A stretch of DNA of 64,000 nt, from the NCBI GenBank assembly GCA_963806855.1, contig CAWDYW010000003.1, forward strand, positions 192,001 to 256,000, in the 5' to 3' direction. The translations under genes were made by a program, and so were the position numbers. This stretch comes from an uncultured Verrucomicrobiae bacterium (lineage in GTDB: Bacteria; Chlamydiota; Chlamydiia; Chlamydiales; Rhabdochlamydiaceae). Shown piece by piece: positions 30,753-40,000 of the stretch; position 1 is the first letter of the stretch, and each line of letters opens with the position of its first letter. The notes under the pieces are model-generated. The model did not search any database. It had not been told where the DNA came from and saw nothing but the letters and a program-made list of their open reading frames with translations.

Positions 30753-30781
30753 ATAATTGACACACAAAAAAGGAGTGGTTA

Positions 30782-31462
30782 ATGCCCCATTTACTAGATA
30801 GAATTGGTTATAACGATTTCAACGTTTTAGCAAACAACGATTTGTTCACCCAACGGCTTGCTGTTAAAAGTCATGATGATGGCCATTTAGAACTCACCTC
30901 GATCTCTAATAATGAAGTGACAGCTTGGCAACTTTTTTTAAGAGCAGTTGGCCGGGGTAAGCTCGCTAAACAAGACCCCTATCTGACAAGCGTCACATCC
31001 TATCTCAATCAGTTCAATTGGTCTCAAGCAAATCCTTCTGATCCAGCCTATGTCAAGGCATGCCAATTGGCCAATAAGGCCCTCTATTCCAAAGGGGACA
31101 CAGCTCTTTTCAATAATGTCGCCAGCACAACTGTTGATAAGAAAATGGAATTTTCCGATTATTACAGTCACACGGTCACGCGGACTTTTAGGTTAAATCC
31201 TTATGTTCAAGTCAGACACATCCAGGCTTTGGTAAAGCAACAGTATCCATGGAGCTCCAGGGCGATCAATACGATGCAGATCAAAGATGAGCACGGTCGA
31301 GAGATGGACTCGAATGAGTTTGTAACACCTGAAATCCTCGAGAAAATGCACATCAGAATTAATCATCATTACTTTGGGCCGCGCGTCATTCTCGTGCGCC
31401 CGTCCCAGGAGCAGGCTACAACGAGCACGCAAACTGGCTACGCCACAACCAAAAGACGCTAA
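30782..31462 (+). CDS. Hypothetical protein, possible ubiquitin-like C-terminal domain
   Basis: AGGAG RBS; 226 aa; residue pattern of roughly aa 120-190 resembles a beta-grasp fold. Confidence 0.65.
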   Translation: MPHLLDRIGYNDFNVLANNDLFTQRLAVKSHDDGHLELTSISNNEVTAWQLFLRAVGRGKLAKQDPYLTSVTSYLNQFNWSQANPSDPAYVKACQLANKALYSKGDTALFNNVASTTVDKKMEFSDYYSHTVTRTFRLNPYVQVRHIQALVKQQYPWSSRAINTMQIKDEHGREMDSNEFVTPEILEKMHIRINHHYFGPRVILVRPSQEQATTSTQTGYATTKRR

Positions 31463-31530
31463 CGCCCGCTCAGCTTCCATTTACTTAATGTCTAGAATTT
31501 TGTACCATAAGGTCCGTAGGGACTAAGATT

Positions 31531-31866
31531 ATGGTCATTAGCGCAACACCCATTCCAGTTAAACGAGCTTTGATGAAACTTGGCAGGGATTTAAACCATG
31601 CCAGGAGAAAGAGGCGTATTCCAATGAGGCTCGCCGCAGAGAGAGCTGGGATTAGCCGAGCCACGCTAAGCAAAATTGAGAAAGGGGACGAGGGGGTATC
31701 CTTGGGCGCATATGCTAAGATGCTATTCATTTTGGGAATGATTCAGCGATTGGTCGAATTGGTGGATCCAAAGTTCGATGAATTTGGGTTGCTTTTAGAT
31801 TTAGAGAGTTTGCCTAAGCGGATTCGGATCCCTCGAAAGGAAAAAGGGGCTCTGACAAAAAAATAA
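31531..31866 (+). CDS. XRE-family HTH protein (HipB-like antitoxin)
   Basis: 'ARRKRRIPMRLAAERAGISRATLSKIEKGD', then 'LPKRIR', typical of antitoxins upstream of HipA kinases. Confidence 0.85.
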   Translation: MVISATPIPVKRALMKLGRDLNHARRKRRIPMRLAAERAGISRATLSKIEKGDEGVSLGAYAKMLFILGMIQRLVELVDPKFDEFGLLLDLESLPKRIRIPRKEKGALTKK

Positions 31867-31922
31867 GAGATCGATCGGGTGGCCGCTGCCTTCCGAGCAC
31901 GATGATTTTCAAAAAACGATAT
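31852..31922 (+). pseudogene. C-terminal scar of a HipA-family toxin
   Basis: LTKK*EIDRVAAAF/(frameshift)EHDDFQK resembles the HipA C-terminal 'EIDRMASAFEH' pattern. Confidence 0.55.
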
Positions 31923-31965
31923 GTTCTCTATAGTGCAGTTGCAAAACTCAGGTGAATATTCATTC

Positions 31966-32119
31966 GATGTTCCACTTTTTTGACATCGATTTCCTCAAGC
32001 TCTTGGCCCTATTCGAATTGCAATTTTTGAGCCGACGCTTTGCAGGGCTGTCTCAAAAATTGCAATTCGAATAGATCCAAAATCTTTTTGAACTCGAAGC
32101 CAAAAAAAAGTGGAACATC
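31966..32119. repeat. ~154 bp palindromic (MITE/RPE-like) element
   Basis: Outer IR GATGTTCCACTTTTTT / AAAAAAGTGGAACATC; perfect inner 23-bp IR at 32009-32031 / 32052-32074. Confidence 0.85.
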
Positions 32120-32251
32120 TAGATTTAGCATTATTCAATGTTACTCACTGATTTACAGCAATTTAAATCCAATTCTGCATATTTTTTTCAAGGACTTACG
32201 TAATGCCTGGAATAGTTTTTATGTTCAAAATATCTTGAAAAACGAAATAAT

Positions 32252-33046
32252 ATGAACATGAAAACTATTCTGGACTACATTCTCAAACTCCGAGCAGTTG
32301 GCGAATATTTTTTTTCTAAGGAAAAGGCTTTGCTCGATCTTGGCCTCTCCGAAAGACAATTTCACCAGCAGATATTTCGATTACGACAAAAGAGGGCCAT
32401 TCAAAATTTAGTACGGGGATTTTATATGATTATTCCCCCTGAATATAGTCATCTAGGATCTTTGCCCGCGGAATGGATCATTGATCCTCTGATGAAATTT
32501 CTACACTATGATTACTACATAGGACTTCTAAGTGCCGCTGCACTTTATGGATCTACTCAGCAACAACCAATGGTTTTTCAGGTTGTTACAAATAAACGAA
32601 TGAAGATAATCAAACTAAAGCGCGGTAATATTGATTTTCATTATTATAAAGAATTTTCATTAGCTATTAAAGAAGATACCCCTTTCCCAACAGGTTATGC
32701 AAAAATCTCTTCAAAAGAACAAACATTAGTCGATCTTGTGCGATTTTATAAAGTATGTGGATACATGAGCAATGTGGCGCACATTATTCAAGATTTAGGT
32801 GAGAGCTGTAAAACAGAGGCTTTAAGCAAAGTAGTGAAATTAGAAAAAATGAATTCCGTGCTGCAACGTCTAGGTTACATCCTTGAATTTGGGGGACATC
32901 CTGAACTCGCTGCAGTGGTTGAACAAGAACTCAATACACGAAAAATCTTTGAAACTCAACTTCGCCCTGATCATCATATTAAGACAGGGGAGCGCAGTCA
33001 CCGTTGGAAATTAATCCTCAACGATACCTTGGAGCTTGATGAATGA
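32252..33046 (+). CDS. Type IV TA antitoxin AbiEi family
   Basis: 'GFYMIIPPEY', 'YYIGLLSAAALYG...QQP', 'EQTLVDL', 'QRLGY'. Confidence 0.88.
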   Translation: MNMKTILDYILKLRAVGEYFFSKEKALLDLGLSERQFHQQIFRLRQKRAIQNLVRGFYMIIPPEYSHLGSLPAEWIIDPLMKFLHYDYYIGLLSAAALYGSTQQQPMVFQVVTNKRMKIIKLKRGNIDFHYYKEFSLAIKEDTPFPTGYAKISSKEQTLVDLVRFYKVCGYMSNVAHIIQDLGESCKTEALSKVVKLEKMNSVLQRLGYILEFGGHPELAAVVEQELNTRKIFETQLRPDHHIKTGERSHRWKLILNDTLELDE

Positions 33047-33870
33047 TACTCAAAAAATTTATTCTTGAATGGACTGAAATTGTCCCCTGGCGAACACAAA
33101 TACAGATAGAGCAAGATTTAATCATTTCAGTTGCTCTTTTAAAGATCTATTCTCATCCTCAGTTGGGCACCTCTATCGCCTTCCGAGGTGGCACTGCATT
33201 AAATAAGCTGTTTTTCCACCCACCTACTCGGTATTCTGAAGATATCGATCTTGTTCAAACAACAGCTGAGCCAATCGGTAGAACTCTCGATCATATACGA
33301 GAAGTATTGGACTCATGGTTAGGGGAACCGAAACGAATTTTTTCCAATGGTCGAGTCACTTTAATTTATCGCATTCAAAGTGAACAAGACTATCCGATAA
33401 AACTGAAAATTGAGATCAATAGTCGGGAACACTTTGCAATTCTCGGTTTCCAAGATTATCCATTCACTTGCAACTCCTCATGGATTTCAGGTACGACCAA
33501 TATTCGAACATTCAAAATCGAAGAATTGCTTGGTACTAAAATGCGTGCTCTTTATCAAAGACGTAAAGGACGTGACCTGTATGATCTATATATTGCCCTC
33601 ACAACACTCCCCCAATTGGATCGCCAAGCTATCGTTCATTGCTTTAAAGAATATATTTCCTTTGAGGGCAACTCGATCTCCAAGAACCTGTTTTTAGAAA
33701 ATATGGCTCTCAAACTCCAAAACAATGAATTTCGGGAAGATATTATTCCCTTGCTGCCTAGGCAAAATGAAGCCTATAACGTAGAAACAGCCTATCAATA
33801 CGTGCAGGGAAATTTATTGAACCATTTGGAGTCCGAAGAATATGCGCAAAATATCTTCTCAAAAACATGA
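33043..33870 (+). CDS. Type IV TA toxin AbiEii nucleotidyltransferase
   Basis: 'FRGGTAL', 'RYSEDID', 'KMRALYQRRKGRDLYD'; 4-nt overlap with the antitoxin. Confidence 0.92.
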   Translation: MILKKFILEWTEIVPWRTQIQIEQDLIISVALLKIYSHPQLGTSIAFRGGTALNKLFFHPPTRYSEDIDLVQTTAEPIGRTLDHIREVLDSWLGEPKRIFSNGRVTLIYRIQSEQDYPIKLKIEINSREHFAILGFQDYPFTCNSSWISGTTNIRTFKIEELLGTKMRALYQRRKGRDLYDLYIALTTLPQLDRQAIVHCFKEYISFEGNSISKNLFLENMALKLQNNEFREDIIPLLPRQNEAYNVETAYQYVQGNLLNHLESEEYAQNIFSKT

Positions 33871-33882
33871 CTGGGGGTACCT

Positions 33883-34518
33883 CTATAGATAAAATGAAAC
33901 CGGTTGGTGGACTGGAGCATAGTTTTCATTCATATGAGAGATGTTGAGCAGGGTGACTCCTTCTTTCTCGACCTTGCCAAACCCTTCATGGATATGCCCA
34001 AAGATATGCAGGCGGAGATTCGGCAATTGCTCAATTCTTTTGGCCAGGGTCGTTGATCCTACAGAGAGGATTTTTCCGCTAAACATGTCTTCAATATGAT
34101 CCAAATAGCCATGGGGAGGGGAATGGGTCATTAAAATATGGATGTCCTCTGGTATCAGAGCCCATTTTTCAGCTAGCTGCTCTTCCGTATCAAATGTGAA
34201 TGCCTTGCAATGGGGATTCATCCTCGGAAAGGTCTTTGTCCACGGAGAGCCCCAGATTTTTAGCCCTTCAAATTCTGTTGCAGAATCGCACAAGTACTCC
34301 CAAGTGTCTTGATGTAGAGTGCGAAAAAGGAGGTAATTGTCATGGTTACCGGCAATGAAGATCTTTTTTCTATATGCTTGCGCCTCTAACCACTGAAACC
34401 ACTGGGCCCATTCTCTTGGAGTGTCCCGTCCGGTCATGTCCCCAGCGATCAGTAAGAGATCACCCCCGGGGAGCTTAGGGAAACAGCCATGCAGATCAGA
34501 GATGCAGGTGATATTCAT
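33883..34518 (-). CDS. Metallophosphoesterase (calcineurin-like)
   Basis: DLH, GD, GNHD, THSPP, GHIHE motifs; ATG overlaps the yidD stop. Confidence 0.92.
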   Translation of the reverse strand: MNITCISDLHGCFPKLPGGDLLLIAGDMTGRDTPREWAQWFQWLEAQAYRKKIFIAGNHDNYLLFRTLHQDTWEYLCDSATEFEGLKIWGSPWTKTFPRMNPHCKAFTFDTEEQLAEKWALIPEDIHILMTHSPPHGYLDHIEDMFSGKILSVGSTTLAKRIEQLPNLRLHIFGHIHEGFGKVEKEGVTLLNISHMNENYAPVHQPVSFYL

Positions 34519-34895
34519 TTTTTCGGTGGATCCCATTTATATAATGCCCCTTTAATCTCCTTAGTGCGGTAGATCCACGGGTCGCCATTTTCCCGCAGGA
34601 GCCGATCGCAGCCCATGATGTAGCCTTTGCAGAAGCCATATTCGCGGATGGCCTGGAGCATATACTGGGAAGAGGTGGGGCGAAAGTGGCTGCGCGGGCC
34701 AGTGGTGTGGGTGAGGACGTTATGATGGAATAGGATCACCTGCTCGGCGAGAAGCCCCATCGGCGAAAGCTTGCGGGAAGTTTTGGAGGAGGCGGTATGG
34801 GTCCGCAGGTCGGCGTCTTTGCCCCAGGGCTCCACATAGCCAATCTCGGCGAAGAGGGTGAAGGGTAGAAGAAGAAGGAGGATTTTAAAAAGCAT
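34515..34895 (-). CDS. yidD: Membrane protein insertion efficiency factor YidD-like (chlamydial type)
   Basis: 'FRPTSSQYMLQAI..YG...G...GCDRLLR'. Confidence 0.8.
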   Translation of the reverse strand: MLFKILLLLLPFTLFAEIGYVEPWGKDADLRTHTASSKTSRKLSPMGLLAEQVILFHHNVLTHTTGPRSHFRPTSSQYMLQAIREYGFCKGYIMGCDRLLRENGDPWIYRTKEIKGALYKWDPPKK

Positions 34896-35021
34896 ATTTA
34901 AAGTGTGGTTTGCGCAATCTTTCATATTCACATTACTTCTTATTTTTTTTTAAATCCAGCGACTTTTTCTTGAGCTTTTTATGGTCATCATCTTATCATA
35001 GATAAAAAAATAGTTTAACTT

Positions 35022-36047
35022 ATGACAGATAATCCAGCCAATAGTAGTCAACTCCTATTCTATCAGACAGAAGATGGGCACCAACGGATTGAGGTGCGCT
35101 TATTCGATGGAACTGTCTGGTTAAACCAAAAATTGCTGGCGGAGCTTTTTGGGGTAGGAGTCAATACCATAAACTACCATATCAAAGAGATATACAATGA
35201 TAAGGAGCTTTTTCCAGAAGCAACTATTCGAAAATATCGAATAGTTCAAACGGAAGGCAAACGGCAAGTCTATCGTGAAGTAGATTTTTATGATTTAAAA
35301 ATGATCCTGGCTATTGGATACCGAATTCGTTCCCACCGAGGGGTGCAATTTCGCCAATGGGCAACCGAGAAATTGCAAGAGTTTGTTATCAAAGGGTTTG
35401 CATTAGATGATGAGCGGTTAGGCAGTCCAGGAGAATTCTCTTATTTCGATGAGCTTTTAGATCGCATTCGGGCTATTCGTGCATCGGAAAAGCATTTCTA
35501 CCAAAAGATACGAGATATTTATACTCTTAGTGCTGATTATGATCCCCAGCATTCTATGACCCAAGATTTCTTCAAGACTGTACAAAATAAACTCCTGTAT
35601 GCTGTAACTGGATTTACTGCTGCTGAAATTATTCATAAGAGAGTCAATGCTGATCAACCAAATCTCGGTCTTATGTCTTGGGATGGAGCTAAGCGAGGGA
35701 AAAAAATTACAAAACGAGATGTAGAAATCGCAAAGAACTATTTACATCATGACGAGCTGAAAAATTTAGAGCAGCTAGTAAGCCAATACTTGGATTTTGC
35801 AGAAAGACAAGCTCGTCAGCGTAAGATCATGTATATGTCTGATTGGAAGACTAAATTGGATGCCTTTCTTTCATTGAACGATGAGAGAATATTAACTCAT
35901 GCAGGGTCTATCTCGGCAGAAATTGCAAAAGATCTAGCTTTCTCAGAACTTGAAAAATACGAAGAGCATCATAAAGCTGAAGAACTAGTGCAAAGCGCTT
36001 TGCAGCTAAGTGACACGATTCAGAAAATGATATCCAACACCGAATAA
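35022..36047 (+). CDS. RhuM-family protein
   Basis: 'TVWLNQK', 'INYHIKEIY', 'AIGYRIRS', 'FRQWAT', 'IRASEK', 'AKNYL'. Confidence 0.9.
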   Translation: MTDNPANSSQLLFYQTEDGHQRIEVRLFDGTVWLNQKLLAELFGVGVNTINYHIKEIYNDKELFPEATIRKYRIVQTEGKRQVYREVDFYDLKMILAIGYRIRSHRGVQFRQWATEKLQEFVIKGFALDDERLGSPGEFSYFDELLDRIRAIRASEKHFYQKIRDIYTLSADYDPQHSMTQDFFKTVQNKLLYAVTGFTAAEIIHKRVNADQPNLGLMSWDGAKRGKKITKRDVEIAKNYLHHDELKNLEQLVSQYLDFAERQARQRKIMYMSDWKTKLDAFLSLNDERILTHAGSISAEIAKDLAFSELEKYEEHHKAEELVQSALQLSDTIQKMISNTE

Positions 36048-36057
36048 CTTCCTAATT

Positions 36058-37014
36058 TTAAAACGCATAGTTGAGTCTAAAGATTGGGAAGAGCCCTTCG
36101 CAGTTCATCATGGGGTTGGCAAGTCGCTCATAGAGCCGTTCGTTGTAGAATTTGGCTTCGTTGGCGGCGCCGTAGATGCCGCCGAAGTACCAGCCGGCTT
36201 CGAAGCTGGTGGTGATGATGCCGGCGTAGATCGGGCCATGGATGAAGAAGTAGACGGAGGAGGCGATGAAGAGGCCGTTGACGAGGAAGGCGGAGGCGGC
36301 GGTTTGCCTTTGGCCGAGGTAGAGGTAGCCTGCGCCGGGGATGATGGAGTTAAGGACGGCGGCGGTCGTGGGCGACTTCTTTTCGGTCTCGTAGCAGCAG
36401 AGGAGGTTGCGCAGGTAGGGGCGCTCGGGCGGGCAGGCGGCGAAGTGATCGAGGGTGGGGAAGTCGGCGGACTGGAGGGCGGAGGAGAGGGCCAGGGTGT
36501 CGTAGTCTTCGGGGTAGTATTGCCTAATCAGTTCGAGGATTTGGGCCGATTGAGCGCAGTCGTCCAGTTGCAGGTAGGTGTCGTAGAGGACGATCAAGAG
36601 GTCGTGGAAGGCGGGGAAGTCGGGGGTCACTTGGAAGAGGGGGCTATTTTGGTAGGCTTGGACCACTTCGTCGAACTTTTGGCCGAGGTAATAGCAGAGG
36701 AGGATCTCGTAGGCCATCTCGAGTTTGCGGCCGCTCTCTTCGGTAGGGACGAGGATCTCGGCGCGGCGGAAGGCGGTGATCGCTTGGTAGAGGTCGAGGC
36801 TGCGGGCGAAGCTGATGCCGATCTGGTACTCAGCGCCCCATTGGGTCCGCTTTTCGGCAGGAGTGAGTTCGGGGAAGGGGTGGGGGAGCTGCCGCAGGTA
36901 CCGATCTTGGACCACGTAGTTGATTTTAGGCTCGATTTCTTTAGGGACGCGGTAGCAAGAGCCTAGGGTGAGGCTAATTGCAATAAGGGTTCCTAACTGT
37001 ATCGATCGCTTCAT
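36058..37014 (-). CDS. TPR-containing lipoprotein with C-terminal TM2-like segment
   Basis: Lipobox LGSC after ATG 37014; TPR-like helices; 'SIIPGAGYLYLG'. Confidence 0.8.
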   Translation of the reverse strand: MKRSIQLGTLIAISLTLGSCYRVPKEIEPKINYVVQDRYLRQLPHPFPELTPAEKRTQWGAEYQIGISFARSLDLYQAITAFRRAEILVPTEESGRKLEMAYEILLCYYLGQKFDEVVQAYQNSPLFQVTPDFPAFHDLLIVLYDTYLQLDDCAQSAQILELIRQYYPEDYDTLALSSALQSADFPTLDHFAACPPERPYLRNLLCCYETEKKSPTTAAVLNSIIPGAGYLYLGQRQTAASAFLVNGLFIASSVYFFIHGPIYAGIITTSFEAGWYFGGIYGAANEAKFYNERLYERLANPMMNCEGLFPIFRLNYAF

Positions 37015-40000
37015 CAATTTCTTCTTTAATAATTTGTTTCGAGCCCCAGTCTTTGAAGTTCTGTTCCGCATTTTGCGTGACTCGCTCATATTCTTCAATA
37101 GAATCGATGATCACGGGACGAATAAAGAAGATGACGTTGTTGCGGGAATTGAGTCGGTCGTTCTCGCTGAAGATGGCCCCAATGACTGGCAGGCCTCCTA
37201 GGCATGGGATCCCGGACCTGAAGTGGGACTTGGTGTCTTGGATCACGGCGCTTAAGGCAACAAAGTGTTTATCTGGGACGTGGACCCGGGCGTTAAGGGC
37301 AGTGCGGCTGGTTTGCAATCCTTGGATGTTGGCATTGGAGCCCTGGTTTGTAGTGTTGGCCACTTGGGCTGTGATTTCATTGGAGATATCGAGGGTAATG
37401 ATGTCGTTCATTCCCAGAATCGGGGTAATCGATAGGCTAATGCCGACGTCGCGGTATTCAATGTTGGTCTGAGTTTGGCTCGCGCCCACTCCAGTGGTAT
37501 TGACTTGTGAGCCAGAAAAGGGGATGTTTTGTCCGACGAAAATGGTCGACTGCATGTTGTCTTGCGCGATGATTTTGGGGTTCATCACGATGACAGCATC
37601 GCCATCTCCTTGAATGGCGCTGACGAGGGAGGCGAGCGAAATAAACGATTTCCCTTTGTGGAGGATGATATCGCCGATCACTCCAAGGTCGAATCCACCG
37701 GGGAGTGAACCGGCACCTCCGTTAGTGCCTGCAACATTTGAAACGGGGTTAGGTATATCAGTTGGAAGTGGCGTTCTTGTTTGATTGACTGCACCTAGAC
37801 CAGTTGAAAGGGGAGTATTACCAGCTTGAGCTGTAAGTGGGTTTGAGGTAGGGAAGTTACTGACGCCGCCGGCGAAGCGGTTGAGATATTGGAATTTGCT
37901 GCCCCACTGCAATCCGAAAGACTGGGTGTTGGCCATCTGGGTTTCGATGATGAGCACTTCGATGAAGACTTGGCGCAGGGGGACGTCGATATTTTGGATA
38001 AGCTCTTTGAGTTGGGTAAGGACTTCGGGGGTTCCGGTGGCCAGGAGCGAGTTGGTCATTTTGATCCACTGGAGCGAGTTGATCGCTGCCAATAAATCTG
38101 AAACAGTATGGGGATTGGCGGTCGAGAGGTCGGCGCCTACTTTTTTGAGTGTCTCTTGCAGTTCGGACCCTTGATGGTATTGCAATTTATAGACGAGGAA
38201 GCTGGTCTCTAATTTATTGAGTGCAGTGACAGTTCCAACGCCGGTAATATCAAATTTTTGGAGCAGCTCGCGCACTTTCTCGACCGATTTTTCATCCCCA
38301 GAGATGAGGATATAGCCGGTTCGTTCGATGTATTTGAGGCCGTTGATAGTATCGAAGAGGTTGGGTTCACGCACGCCGGTTTGCTGCAAGTTCTTTTCGA
38401 AATCGCGCATCATTTCGACCAGCTCAGGGCCGCTGACATTGACCGGTTTGTAGACGACATAGGAGCCAGGTTGCCGAGCGAGTTCGCCGATGGCGCCGCC
38501 AGGATTGTCGAGTTGTTTGAGCAGGGTGCCGATTTGGTCGAGAGCAGCAGCGGGACCGGTGAACATGAGTGAGTTGCTCTCTTTGATCTCTTTGACAGTG
38601 TGGATGGCGGTCGAGACGGCTTTATTTTTAATCGAGTCGGTCTTGTCTAGATTTTGAGCGACGTTGCTCAGCAGTTGCATGAGTTTGTCTATCGGCACGT
38701 AGCGCACTTTATAGACGAGGAAGGTTTGGGCGCCTAGTTGGGTGGACTCTTTTCTGGTCGCTCCGACTACATCGATGGTGGAGATGATCTCTTTGGTCTT
38801 CTCGAGCGATTCGGGGACGCCGGTAAAGAGGAGCGAATTGGTCAGCTCGACAGCGCGCATGGTGTCGATCGACTGGAGCAGGTTCGGATCGACGAGCCCT
38901 GAGTTTTTCAGGTCGTCCGCGGTCTCTCTCAGCGCCTCTTCAAGCTCGGAAGGACTGAGGTTAACTGGCTTGTAGATGAAGAAGGAGGTCTTCTCATAGA
39001 TAGGAGGAACGGCATCTTTGTCATCGAATTGGCTGACTAGTGCTTTGACCTCTTCGACAGCCCGCTGTGTTCCTGTGAGCAGAAGGGCGTTGGTGTCGCG
39101 GAGCACAGTCGCATGGTCGATCACATAGACGATCGCTTTTTGCTCAGGATCTTTCTCAGGGAGGCTCTTGGCGATTTTTTCGAGGTGATCGATCACATCG
39201 TCGCCGCGGGCAAACTTGAGCTTATAGAGATAGTAGGCATTGGAGATCGCTTGCGCCTCTTTGGGGGTGTCGATGCTCTTGAGGAACGAGTCGATTTTGG
39301 TGATGGTCGCAGGGTCGGCCTTGAATAAGAAGATCTGACTATCCGGGATCCAGGTGAGGTGGTCGATGGCTTTGGCGAGATTTTTGTCGGAGAGGTTTTT
39401 GTGGTCGAGCTTGTCGGCCAGCTCATCGAGGGCCTGTTCGATCTGCTGATTAGAGATGTTTTTGGGCTTATAGAGGTAGATCTGAGAGGGGGCTCCTGAG
39501 GCGACATCGACCAATTTAATGATCAGTTGGATGCTGTCGAGCGATGAGGGGTTGCCCGTAAAGAGGAGTGTATTAGTCGAGGCGACCCATTTCATCGTCC
39601 GGAGGGAATTGAGGAAAGAGGGATCGTTAAGCCCCGATTCGCAAAGGTTGGTACCCACTTTTGCCAGCGCCTCTTCGAGCTCTCTGCCGCTTAAGAATTG
39701 GGGAGTGTAGAGCCAGAAATGGCTGGTGGGCGAGGAGGTGGCCGCTGCTGAATCAAAGTTGGGGAGGAGGTCTTTCAATTTTTTGAGCGCATCGTCAGAG
39801 CCTGTGAAGACAAGGGAGTCGCTCTCTTTGATGTAACGGAGGCTCGAGATCGCATCGATTAAATCCCGATTTGTGCTCCCCTTCTTCAAGCTTTTAGTCA
39901 GCTCTTCGAGTGAGGCTTCGATCTGCTCACGACCCGCTTTTTGAATTTTATAGACGAAGTAATCGCTTGTAACAGAGGTCGTATCGAGAGTCTTGATTAG

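Noticed and set aside
32040..32255. 71-aa ORF upstream of abiEi
   Set aside because: Derived largely from the palindromic element; no RBS or recognisable motif.
36238..36966. 242-aa plus-strand ORF
   Set aside because: Antisense shadow of the GC-rich TPR lipoprotein gene.
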